Shown: positions 9,072 to 17,606 of the stretch, one piece after another
Numbering within the stretch: position 1 is the stretch's first letter
How the letters are laid out: every line of letters begins with the position of its first letter
Assembly: GCA_036625225.1 (NCBI GenBank)
Contig: JAZKUF010000005.1
Location: forward strand, 35,553-99,552
DNA length: 64,000 bases
From: Candidatus Accumulibacter jenkinsii
GTDB lineage: Bacteria > Pseudomonadota > Gammaproteobacteria > Burkholderiales > Rhodocyclaceae
Reading direction: 5' to 3'
Made by a program: the position numbers and the translations under genes
Notes under the pieces: generated by a model
What the model was told of the DNA's origin: nothing
What the model saw: only the letters and a program-made list of their open reading frames with translations
Databases searched by the model: none

Positions 9072-12000
9072 AGAAGGTTCGCGCAGCCCGCGACCGCGCT
9101 GCTCCCAAGACGGCGGGGCCGCCGCCGCTCCCGGAGCTCGACGGATTGGACGCCCTTGCGGCGTCCGACGCGCCGACCGTGACGGCGGCTTGGTGGATAT
9201 CCCTTCAGGTTTCGGAGCACGTCTTCTCAATGATCGCGCACGGCGATCCGCGCACTGGCGAACCCCTTTCGAGACCTCTAACGGAGATCCTTCGCGACGT
9301 TCGCCACGCGACCGCGACCGGAAGTCGACCGTTTCCCAGCGATCGCCTCCTCGGCGCCGCCGAGTTCGCCATCGACTCCCTGGAATACCTGCTCGACCGG
9401 CATCGACATCGAATCGTCAGGGTCCACCAGCAACTCCCGTTCCATCAGCTTCGCGAGGTCGACACGCGATCGATGGCGTGGCTCGCACGACAGCCCGGAA
9501 GGAACATCCGCGAGAAGCTCTCGGGCCGCACCCATGCGTTGGGCGCAAAGCGCGACGTGTCCGTCGACACGACCGAAAACCGGCTCCTCCGGTCGTTCGC
9601 CAAGCTCCTCGTTCAGCGCGCCAGCAATCGCCTGGAGAACAGGGACGCCTACGACGGCACGACCGAGGATGAAGAGCGCATACGTCGGCTGGAGGAGTGC
9701 GTTCGCCTCTGCGATGAGCGGATGAGACGGTCCGAGCTCGCCGATGTTCCGACGCTGACCCGACTGCAGCCGAACAATGTTCTATTGAATGACCCGCACT
9801 ACTCGCGGGTGTTTCGCGCATGGAAGTGGCTGCGCGATGGTGAGGAAGCCTTGCGTGGCTCTTGGAAGGATGTCCTCCAGCGTACCCGCGTCCTTCTTTA
9901 TTGGATGACGGCGGCACAACTTGTGACACGTGAGCGAGTGGTGGTCGCGGAGACGTTCGGGCGCGTCCTCACGGGGCGGGGCGATGAGCGACACATCGGC
10001 ATCGAGGTGCTTGGTGCCGAGGCGGTTGGTGCGAACTGGTTCTTGAACCCACCGCTTCACTTCTTGGTGCTGCCCACCGGGGGCAACAATGCGGTGTTCC
10101 GTATCCGCGTCGCGCTCGAGGGCGAGTACATCCTCGTACACGTCGCTTCGCTGGGCGGGAGAGGGCTCCTTGTTGATGAGTCGGTCGCTACGCTTGCCTT
10201 TGAGGTGCGGCCCACTTCGGAGCGTCTCCTGCCTCAGCGCGGGATTGGGATCGCCGTGGATGGCCTCGAGGTCTCAGTTCGAGGGACGGACCGCGGCTAC
10301 GCCGACCTCGCGGGGCTGACGCCCCTCGCAACGCAGGTGGCTCTGCAGATCCTCGAGCGTTGCGGCGGGAACCCCAATAACGAGCGCCAGGAGCACACCT
10401 CTGCTGAAGTGGGAGACGGCGCGCGCATCGGCATCGAGATTGGCACCGCGTCGCTGCATGTCGGCGCGCAACATAAACTGCCGCTGGTGTCGGCACCGTG
10501 GGCATTGGCTCTCGACCTGCCGGGGGACACGGGCGGCATCGAGTGGCTTGAAGGCCGTTCAGAACGAGAGATGGTCCTTGGTGCTGCCGGTCGGTCGCTG
10601 TGGAGCACCGGCGACATCTTGGATACGGACGGGAAGGCCGACGCAGGGATGGTTGCCTTGGCAGCGGACCGCCTGCTGGGTAGCCTTGCGTCTGAGCTAC
10701 AGATACCGACCGACGCACGGGTCGCCTATGCCGTCCCCGATGCAGTCGATGAATTCTCGCAGCGCAGCCTGCGGAGCGCGTTCGGGGGGGCGTTCCATCG
10801 GCCGGTTCCGGTGTGGAGAAGCGTTGCGGCCGCGATGTCCTGGGCGTCGGAGGCGGGGAAGCGCGGCCCGCGCTCAGGAGAGTCGGTGGTCGTCGTCGAC
10901 ACGGAGTTTAGTGGCGTCTCGCTGACAGTGCTCACCGCCTGCCACGACAAGAAGCTCGAGCAGGCACATCCGTCGTCACGCGGAATCTACTGGGAACGCA
11001 AGCCGCCACTTCCGCCCGACGAGCAGTTGGAGACGCTCGGTTGGCCGCGTGTACTTGGCTCCTACGCGCGGATGTTGGTGGAGCGTGAGCTGAGTTCGCA
11101 GGCTCCCGAGGTCCAAGAGCGCGTTGTCGAGGATCTCCTTCGCAGTGGCAAGATCGGTGCTCTCGTAGCGCGCGGCGGGTCGATCTTCGTGCAGGTGCCG
11201 TCGAGCCAGAGAACGATGCCCGACGTCGTGGAATTCTTTGAAGACCCCGCGTGGTTCGACGACGAGGTGGCGGGCTGGGGCCAACGACTGGATCAGAGCC
11301 TGCAGAACACGCTTGCACAACTCGACGGCCATCGGGTGCTGCTCATCGGTGGCCCCTGCTCCTACAGCCGGTTTCACCGCGGAACGCACTCCGGACAAAT
11401 CAAGACGTTCGATGTGGCCAAGGGGTTCGGCTTACTCACACTAGATGCGATCGGCGTAGACGTCTTCTTTCACATCAATACGACTCGTGTTCCTCGTAAT
11501 GTCACCCTAGTCCCCAGGCTTGCAGTTGAGTGCGACTTTGCAAGGGGGAAGAAGGGGCTGGAAGCTCGACAAGTCGCTCCTGTGCAGCAAGGCAAGTCGC
11601 GGCCGCACGTTCCATCGCTCGCGATATGGTTGCTACGGCGCACCTTCGTCATGCCTCAGGACTTGGCGCGTGGAGCCCATGAGTGCTTGCTCCGAATGGA
11701 CACCGGCTCGCCGACTTGGCGTGAGTGGCTGCCCGAGCTGTCGCTGGAGGTCGTACGCGACGGGCACTTCGGCGAACTCCCCCTACTCGAGCGAGGCACG
11801 TTCGTCGACCCATTCCTCGGCGACGCCGTGCAATTCACAGTGCCGGAACACCTCACGCTGGGACGCGGACATCGTTGGTTCTCTTTCCCGTTGCTCGTTG
11901 GTCGCCAGGGACGCCGCCCTGTCGCGTGGGAGGCGCGGTTGGACTCGCCCGCGTTCCCCCTCGACCACGACGTCCGGGCGCGGCTGCGGCTGTCATACCG

Positions 12001-13111
12001 GTACGGACTCGACAATAGCTATGAGCTCACCGTGGAGCCTGCGTTGCCGCATGATGCTCCATTCGCCAGAGTGGAAGCCAAGTGGATCAAGGGCGGCGAG
12101 ATCGCCACCGCGTTGGTGGCGCGGGAGCCGTTGCCGCTCGAACGTAGGCCGTGGGATCGCGTGGGCACGGAGTCCTTCCTTAATGCCGCACGCTCCCTTC
12201 ACCTGCATGATGAACGCAATGCGAAGCGCCTCTTCGCGCTGACGCGCGCATGCTGGTCGGAGGGGCGAAGCCTCGCAACAGCGCCAGCGGACGTGCACCG
12301 AATGTTCGACGGCTTCCGCGACCAATTGCTGAATGCGCTTCCGCCGAAGCTGAGCGTTCATGACATGCCACGTGCGCTCGAAATCCTCTCGTTGCTTCAC
12401 GAGGACGCTCCGACTGAAGTCATCGGCTGGCTGCTCGAACTCGATGCGCCGGCTGGTGATGGGCGGATACCGGTGCCCCTTTATCGGAAGACGGCAGGCA
12501 TGCTCGCCATGGTTGTCGGAGATGGTCAGGGTGAGCGTGTGGCTGTGCTTAACCGATTGCTCGATCATCTCCAGCGGCACGGCCACAGCAACACTTTCGA
12601 CCCGCAGTTGACTGGTATCACCATGAGGGCGCTGGGCAACGCAGCGTGGAGACATCCAGGCTTCATCGGCTCACTGGCCTCCACACAGGACGGCGCCGCG
12701 CTCGTCATCGCTTCGTGTCGACGCTCGCTGAATGGTCTTCTTGCACGCATTCCAGTTAAGGTTTCGTCCGATGAGGAGCGCCAGAAGATCTCGCGGCTTT
12801 ACGGCACGCAGTTCCGGGATGCCTGTGAGTTGCTGCTGGTGCTGATGGCCGTCGCCCCATCGGCCCCAGTGGTTGCGCCGCTACGCGCCGGCTCTCCATC
12901 AGCCGACGGTTTCGCGAAAGTTGTTCGGCAGATAGACGCTCGGCTTTCCGCCCTTGAGGCCTTGCCCTCCTGGCGAGTACGCCTCGATGTGAATGTGCCA
13001 CCAGCGCTTCATCGGATGTCGGCAGTAACATTCGCTCTGAATACGTACCTTGTCGAGGGCTCGGGTGCGAATTTGGTACAGGTTGCTGGTGCTGAATTCG
13101 ACGTCAGTTGA
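9068..13111 (+). CDS. 1347-aa fusion: McrC-N/DUF2357-like region, degenerate Hsp70/actin-like ATPase fold, cold-shock domain, ~550-aa helical C-terminal region; no PD-(D/E)xK motif seen
   Basis: 'DVSVDTTENRLLRSFAKLLV' (McrC/DUF2357-type DTxENR motif). Hsp70-like 'RIGIEIGTASLHVG', 'AYAVPDAVDEFSQRSL...VWRSVAAAMSW', 'VVVVDTEFSGVSLTVL', 'VLLIGGPCSY'. CSD 'GQIKTFDVAKGFGLLTLDAIGVDVFFHINT' (RNP1/RNP2-like). Confidence 0.7.
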   Translation: MKKVRAARDRAAPKTAGPPPLPELDGLDALAASDAPTVTAAWWISLQVSEHVFSMIAHGDPRTGEPLSRPLTEILRDVRHATATGSRPFPSDRLLGAAEFAIDSLEYLLDRHRHRIVRVHQQLPFHQLREVDTRSMAWLARQPGRNIREKLSGRTHALGAKRDVSVDTTENRLLRSFAKLLVQRASNRLENRDAYDGTTEDEERIRRLEECVRLCDERMRRSELADVPTLTRLQPNNVLLNDPHYSRVFRAWKWLRDGEEALRGSWKDVLQRTRVLLYWMTAAQLVTRERVVVAETFGRVLTGRGDERHIGIEVLGAEAVGANWFLNPPLHFLVLPTGGNNAVFRIRVALEGEYILVHVASLGGRGLLVDESVATLAFEVRPTSERLLPQRGIGIAVDGLEVSVRGTDRGYADLAGLTPLATQVALQILERCGGNPNNERQEHTSAEVGDGARIGIEIGTASLHVGAQHKLPLVSAPWALALDLPGDTGGIEWLEGRSEREMVLGAAGRSLWSTGDILDTDGKADAGMVALAADRLLGSLASELQIPTDARVAYAVPDAVDEFSQRSLRSAFGGAFHRPVPVWRSVAAAMSWASEAGKRGPRSGESVVVVDTEFSGVSLTVLTACHDKKLEQAHPSSRGIYWERKPPLPPDEQLETLGWPRVLGSYARMLVERELSSQAPEVQERVVEDLLRSGKIGALVARGGSIFVQVPSSQRTMPDVVEFFEDPAWFDDEVAGWGQRLDQSLQNTLAQLDGHRVLLIGGPCSYSRFHRGTHSGQIKTFDVAKGFGLLTLDAIGVDVFFHINTTRVPRNVTLVPRLAVECDFARGKKGLEARQVAPVQQGKSRPHVPSLAIWLLRRTFVMPQDLARGAHECLLRMDTGSPTWREWLPELSLEVVRDGHFGELPLLERGTFVDPFLGDAVQFTVPEHLTLGRGHRWFSFPLLVGRQGRRPVAWEARLDSPAFPLDHDVRARLRLSYRYGLDNSYELTVEPALPHDAPFARVEAKWIKGGEIATALVAREPLPLERRPWDRVGTESFLNAARSLHLHDERNAKRLFALTRACWSEGRSLATAPADVHRMFDGFRDQLLNALPPKLSVHDMPRALEILSLLHEDAPTEVIGWLLELDAPAGDGRIPVPLYRKTAGMLAMVVGDGQGERVAVLNRLLDHLQRHGHSNTFDPQLTGITMRALGNAAWRHPGFIGSLASTQDGAALVIASCRRSLNGLLARIPVKVSSDEERQKISRLYGTQFRDACELLLVLMAVAPSAPVVAPLRAGSPSADGFAKVVRQIDARLSALEALPSWRVRLDVNVPPALHRMSAVTFALNTYLVEGSGANLVQVAGAEFDVS

Positions 13112-13583
13112 TTGCCAAATATCTGCCGTTCAGTTGGCATTTGCCTTGTGACTGCAAAGGCCGAACAGCGACGCCGTCGTCCGAGCCTCGTGGTCGGCAG
13201 GTATGTTATCAGAAAGCGGCCCTTGCTCATCAAAACATCATCAGGCCGTTTTGGTCGTTAGCAGAATTTCAAGGTGCCCGGTAGCCGCCGGCGACGTGAA
13301 TGTTTCGGTGATCCACCAGGCCTATGGAAGTTCGGTAGCGTTATGCGGGCCAGCCGCGCGCGAGTGGCTCCGAGCGGGGGGCACCAGGCGCACCTGGGGT
13401 TCCGGCCTGACGGAACCTGTCTCGACGTCAAACAGATCAGCCCGTGAAACAAGCGCAGGGCTTTTGCCATCAGCGTAACAAACTGTTTTATTGAGTCTTT
13501 TAGCTATTTTAAAAAATTGTTTCACGGCCCAGCGGCGTTCCAGAGGGCGAGAGCAGAAAATTCCCCTCCTCTGCCGCTTCACA

Positions 13584-13607
13584 TAGTCATTATGGGGATA
13601 ATGACTA
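13584..13607. promoter_or_regulatory. Perfect 10-bp-arm palindrome (candidate operator), conserved in the duplicated copy at 44690-44715
   Basis: TAGTCATTAT-gggg-ATAATGACTA. The partner copy is CCAGTCATTA-tttttc-TAATGACTGG. Arm core AGTCATTA/TAATGACT is conserved while the spacer differs. Confidence 0.35.
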
Positions 13608-13811
13608 AAAGTTGCGGCGAAGCGTTATATTTAAAACGTTAAACGTTCGTTAATAGACGATATTTCAGGTTCGTGGGGGGTGCCCTTGAGGATGGCGGGG
13701 TTGGTCTTTGCTTGGTGAGCCCTGTCATCAATAGCAGGCGCCCCAGTCGCCGCTATCAACAAGTTGTATTGGCGGTTTGCCTCTCCCGCAGCCATATTGA
13801 GATAAAGGTTT

Positions 13812-13840
13812 TTGAGCTTTGAAGTCCTGTCACCCAGATT
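13812..13840 (+). promoter_or_regulatory. Candidate sigma-70 promoter of the PON-like gene
   Basis: TTGAGC, a 17-nt spacer, then CAGATT, about 60 nt upstream of the ATG at 13899. It lies in the best-conserved 40-mer shared with the inverted copy (44221-44260) and overlaps the hairpin CCTGTC-N10-GACAGG. Confidence 0.3.
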
Positions 13841-13898
13841 CGACAGGGCCTGAAGCACGGCGGGGACGGTGGTCCAAAGCCACGGCGAAGGGGAAGAG

Positions 13899-14979
13899 CA
13901 TGCAAATACTGAGCGTCAGGGGAGCCGCTGCGCCGGCAACCTCTCCCACCTCTTGGCCCAAAAATCTCGCCATTCCCGGTCCGGAGGACTTTGTCATCGA
14001 CCGGGCGGCCCACATTGCCTATCTCTCTTCACAGGACCGTAGCGGCTCCGAAGCGGTGATGGGTGGTCTGCTGCGTATGAAAGCAAACCGATGGGAGGTG
14101 CGCGGCAGCATCTACCAGATGGACCTGAACGACCCTGACCTGTCACTTTGGCAACTGGCCGACGACTTTCCCAAGAACAAGGGTTTCCATCCGGTGGGAA
14201 TGGATCTGCACGTCAATCCCGATGGAAGCCGACGTTTGTTCATTGTGAACTGGCCTGGCCCCAACCAGTACGCCGTCGAAATTTTCGACCTCGAGACCAA
14301 CAGACTGCGGCATGTGCGCACGGTCGCGGGCAAGGCGCTGACCTGTCCGAACGACATTGCAGCCGTCGATGGCGAGCGCTTCTATGTCTCCAACTCGTTG
14401 TCTCTGCATCCCTCCCTGCAGCAGATGGAACAGCTGCTCGGTCTACCGACGGGTACGGTCGTTTACCACGATCCGGACGAAGCGGAACTACAGGTCGTGG
14501 CGACCGGCATCACCTACGCTAATGGCATCGCACTTGACCGGCGCAGGGGCAGGATTTACGTCGCATCCTTCACAAACGGTCGCATTCTCGAGTTTTTCTG
14601 GGATCCACTCCAGCCAACCGCCCCCTTGCGGCGATGCAGCGCACTTACGTTGGATTTCTTGCCCGACAACCTGGTCTGGGAAGACGAGAACACTCTTTGG
14701 GTAGCCGGTAGCCAGTTCTTAAGTGGCCTGTTCTTCATGCTCCAGTTGAGTGATCGCGCCCCCTCGTATGTCGCCAGAATTGCGCTTGCCAGCCCGGACC
14801 TGGTCGATCAGGAGCCCCTCAGTCGTGCGCGGCCAGAGATGATGTACCGCGATGATGGCGGCGAGATCCCGGCCTGCAGCGTCGCGGCCCCCTACGAATT
14901 GAACGGCGAGCGCCGGCTGATTATCGGTTCCTGCTTTGCCGATCACGCGCTCGTCTCCCTTACCTCGCCGGCTCCTTGA
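13899..14979 (+). CDS. Paraoxonase/arylesterase-like (PON/SGL six-bladed beta-propeller) hydrolase, possible lactonase
   Basis: 'FHPVGMDLHVNPDGSRRLFIVNWP...AVEIFDLETNRLRHVRTVAGKALTCPNDIAAVDGERFYVSN' parallels the PON1 core 'FNPHGISTF...LLVVNHP...VELFKF...LNDIVAVGPEHFYGTN'. ATG at 13899 follows 'aagggga'. Confidence 0.7.
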
Positions 14980-15026
14980 TCCGCCCTCTGAAGCGACGGA
15001 AAGATAGCATGGACTTGCAAGCGAGG

Positions 15027-15041
15027 TGGCACCCAGCGTGC
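15027..15041 (+). promoter_or_regulatory. Sigma-54 -24/-12-like element (TGGCAC-N5-GTGC) in the intergenic region upstream of the eCIS operon
   Basis: 'TGGCACCCAGCGTGC' has correct GG-N10-GC spacing. It sits between the PON-like stop (14979) and the ATPase start (15417). Confidence 0.25.
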
Positions 15042-15416
15042 CGCCCAGCGACCGCAAGAACCCGTTGCGGGAGAGCGAGCACTTCCGCAGGCGGAACGTG
15101 CGGCCCCGTACAGGTGATCTCAACCGTTTTTTCACACGAAGATCGCGAGCATCTGCCTTGTCCATGGTGGCCAAAAAGCACCGAATTCTGGCGCAGCACT
15201 TGTTCCTTGTCCGAACAATGTTGGGGCCAACTCACGAAACGGGAAAAAATCGTACGGTAGGCTTCTGACATTTTTGAGAGTGATGTCGCCGCCAAATTTT
15301 CGGCATGATCAAAAATCACCTGCCAGCCACAATCAAAACGAAAGTGGTTTTCGAAAAAGAGGGTTACTCGGCGTAGCGCTTCGCAGTGTGTTAACGAGCG
15401 GTTCGGGGAGAGGTCA

Positions 15417-17606
15417 ATGCCTGAAGCCTCACGTAATGGGACTTTGCCAGCGAGCAGTGATGCATTGGTATCTAGCTGCTGGTATACAACTAGCCCAGAA
15501 CATCTGGCTGATGAGCTATGTCGGCTTGATGTCCGCATTAGTCTCGCTGCGCTGCGGCGCTGTCCTGCCGTCTTTGCGGCGGAGCGCCCCGGGAGCGGTT
15601 CCGATGAGCAGGCGCTGCTCGCTGAACTGGGAAGACTCGACCGACACATCGATCTACAACGCGGGAACAGCGTCGAGCGTGGCCGGTTTCTCGGATTGCC
15701 ACACCTTGCCCGATTGTTTCGGCTCAGCCCCGTCGAGGAGCAACTGCTGCTGGCTTGTTTTGCACCAGAGGCGGATGCGCGCTATAGCAGGTTATACGGC
15801 GATCACGAGGGTAATTTGGCCGGCAGACATCCCACGGTCGCATTGCTGCTGGAGTTACTCGGCGAGGACCGCGAGACCCGAACCGTAGCGCGTGCAGCAC
15901 TTCGTGCCCAGTCACCGCTGTTCCACTACCGGCTGCTGCAACTGGTCGAGGCCGAGGCCGGTCCGTCGCCGGAGTTGTTGAGCCCCTTACGCATCGACCC
16001 GCGTATCGCTGCCTTTCTGTTGGAGATCTCGGGTATTGATGATCGCCTGGTGCCTTACGCCAGTCTGCAAATACCCCGTTCGCAGGTGGCGCCGTTGCCG
16101 GGCGGGGCGAGGTCAAGCGTGGACAGGATGACCGCTTTCGTCCGCCACCATCTTGCCGCCGGCGACGCATCCGCACCGGTCGTCTTTCATTTGCATGGGC
16201 ACGACACAGCGACAGGGCGCGCGGTAGTCCATAGCGTCTGCCGCGAGCTGTCTCTCGACCTGTTGAACGTAGACATGTATAAACTTGCCGCCGCCGGGCC
16301 GGCAGCAAGCGACCTGTTCTGGCTGGTGGGTCGCGAAGCCGTGCTCCAGCCAGCCGCCTTGTGCCTCGACAACTTTGACATCTGGGTTCAGGACAACGAC
16401 CAGACCGCCGCGCAGCGCGATGCCATATTCGGTGCGCTGCGGCACTTCTCCCAACTCACTTTCCTACTCGGCCGCGTCGCTTGGCAGCCCGGCCGACTGA
16501 GGAAAGATCTGCTCTATCTGCCGATTGAGCTGCCATTGCCGGACATCAACGCTCGTCGGTCGCTGTGGCAGGATCAGGCTGAGGCTCGTGGTATTCGCTC
16601 GGACCTTGACTATGGACAACTCGCGAGCCGCTACCGGTTTGACGCAGAAGAGATCAGTGACGTGCTCAATATAGCGGCCGGCATGGCCTATTGGCGCGAT
16701 CCCCATAGTGGGACCGTGACCTCCGACGACATCTCCTCCGCCTGTCGCGCTCAAGCTGCACCGCAGGCCGGATTTGCGGCGATACGGCGGATCCCCCGTT
16801 ACACCTGGAATGACCTTGTCCTGCCGCCCGATCATCTGCGCCAGCTGCATGAACTGTGTAACCAGGCCACTCACAGACACATCGTGCTCGGCGAGTGGGG
16901 ATTCGACCGCCGGCTGGCGTTGGGCAACAGCTTGAATGTCATGTTCAACGGTCCGTCAGGCACCGGGAAAACCATGGCCGTCGACGTCATCGCCAACGAT
17001 CTCGAGGTCGACCTCTACAAGATCGATCTGTCCCAGATCGTGAGCAAGTATATCGGCGAGACCGAGAAGAACCTCGACCGCGTATTTCGCGAGGCCCAAT
17101 CGAGCAATGCTATCGTATTTTTCGATGAGGCCGACGCCTTGTTCGGAAAACGTTCGGAAGTCAAAGACGCTCACGATCGCTATGCCAATATCGAAACCGG
17201 TTATCTGCTGCAGAAAATGGAAGAGCATGATGGCTTGGTGATCCTGGCCACCAACCTGCGCAACAACCTCGACGAGGCGTTTTTGCGGCGCATGCACTTT
17301 GTCGTCGAGTTTCCGTTTCCTGACGAGGTGCACCGCAGCAAGCTGTGGCAGGGACTGTTTCCGGACGAGGTGCCTTGCGGCGTAGACGTCGATTTTTCCT
17401 ATCTGGCGCGGCATTTCAAGGTGCCGGGCGGCAACATCCGGAATATCGCCGTATGTGCGGCGTTTCTGGCGGCTGCCGACCGTACGGAAGTGGGCATGCG
17501 GCACCTGATCCATGCCGCGCGGCGCGAATACCAGAAGCTGGGTTGCCCGTGCACAGCCACCGACTTTGGGCCCTACTACGAACTGATCAAGGCAAGTCAT
17601 GGCTAA
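15417..17606 (+). CDS. eCIS-associated AAA+ ATPase (Afp15/Pvc15-like)
   Basis: C-terminal AAA+ module 'NGPSGTGKTMAVDVIANDL', 'IVFFDEADALFGKRSE', 'VILATNLRNNLDEAFLRRMHFVVEFPFPD'. RBS 'gggagagg'. Stop overlaps the next start. Confidence 0.85.
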   Translation: MPEASRNGTLPASSDALVSSCWYTTSPEHLADELCRLDVRISLAALRRCPAVFAAERPGSGSDEQALLAELGRLDRHIDLQRGNSVERGRFLGLPHLARLFRLSPVEEQLLLACFAPEADARYSRLYGDHEGNLAGRHPTVALLLELLGEDRETRTVARAALRAQSPLFHYRLLQLVEAEAGPSPELLSPLRIDPRIAAFLLEISGIDDRLVPYASLQIPRSQVAPLPGGARSSVDRMTAFVRHHLAAGDASAPVVFHLHGHDTATGRAVVHSVCRELSLDLLNVDMYKLAAAGPAASDLFWLVGREAVLQPAALCLDNFDIWVQDNDQTAAQRDAIFGALRHFSQLTFLLGRVAWQPGRLRKDLLYLPIELPLPDINARRSLWQDQAEARGIRSDLDYGQLASRYRFDAEEISDVLNIAAGMAYWRDPHSGTVTSDDISSACRAQAAPQAGFAAIRRIPRYTWNDLVLPPDHLRQLHELCNQATHRHIVLGEWGFDRRLALGNSLNVMFNGPSGTGKTMAVDVIANDLEVDLYKIDLSQIVSKYIGETEKNLDRVFREAQSSNAIVFFDEADALFGKRSEVKDAHDRYANIETGYLLQKMEEHDGLVILATNLRNNLDEAFLRRMHFVVEFPFPDEVHRSKLWQGLFPDEVPCGVDVDFSYLARHFKVPGGNIRNIAVCAAFLAAADRTEVGMRHLIHAARREYQKLGCPCTATDFGPYYELIKASHG

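Larger units (their letters stand above)
13441..14010. repeat. Left arm of a ~0.6-kb inverted duplication (partner 44040-44870)
   Basis: The reverse complement of 13441-14010 aligns by eye with 44040-44870. Shared blocks include 'gtttttgagctttgaagtcctgtcacccagattcgacagg', 'aaaccgccaatacaacttgttgatagc', 'gaatggcgagattttt' and 'gccggcgcagcggc'. It covers the 5' end of a PON-like gene plus ~450 bp upstream. Confidence 0.8.

Noticed and set aside
13631-13858. 75-aa minus-strand ORF in the conserved upstream region (with a look-alike at 44570-44809).
   Set aside because: The similarity is at nucleotide level. The right-hand copy needs a frameshift to keep the same peptide, substitutions show no synonymous bias, and there is no RBS. 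I treated it as non-coding regulatory DNA, although a small divergent gene in the left copy cannot be fully excluded.
13112-13898. tRNA or tmRNA gene or integrase-type att site at the AT-rich boundary after the defence-like operon.
   Set aside because: No cloverleaf-compatible sequence (no T-loop GGTTCGAAT-type motif or acceptor pairing) and no integrase gene was found by eye.
14960-15649. 229-aa minus-strand ORF spanning the PON-ATPase intergenic region.
   Set aside because: It overlaps both neighbouring genes' ends. It has no motifs or RBS and an Ser/Arg/Ala-rich composition, so it is likely spurious.
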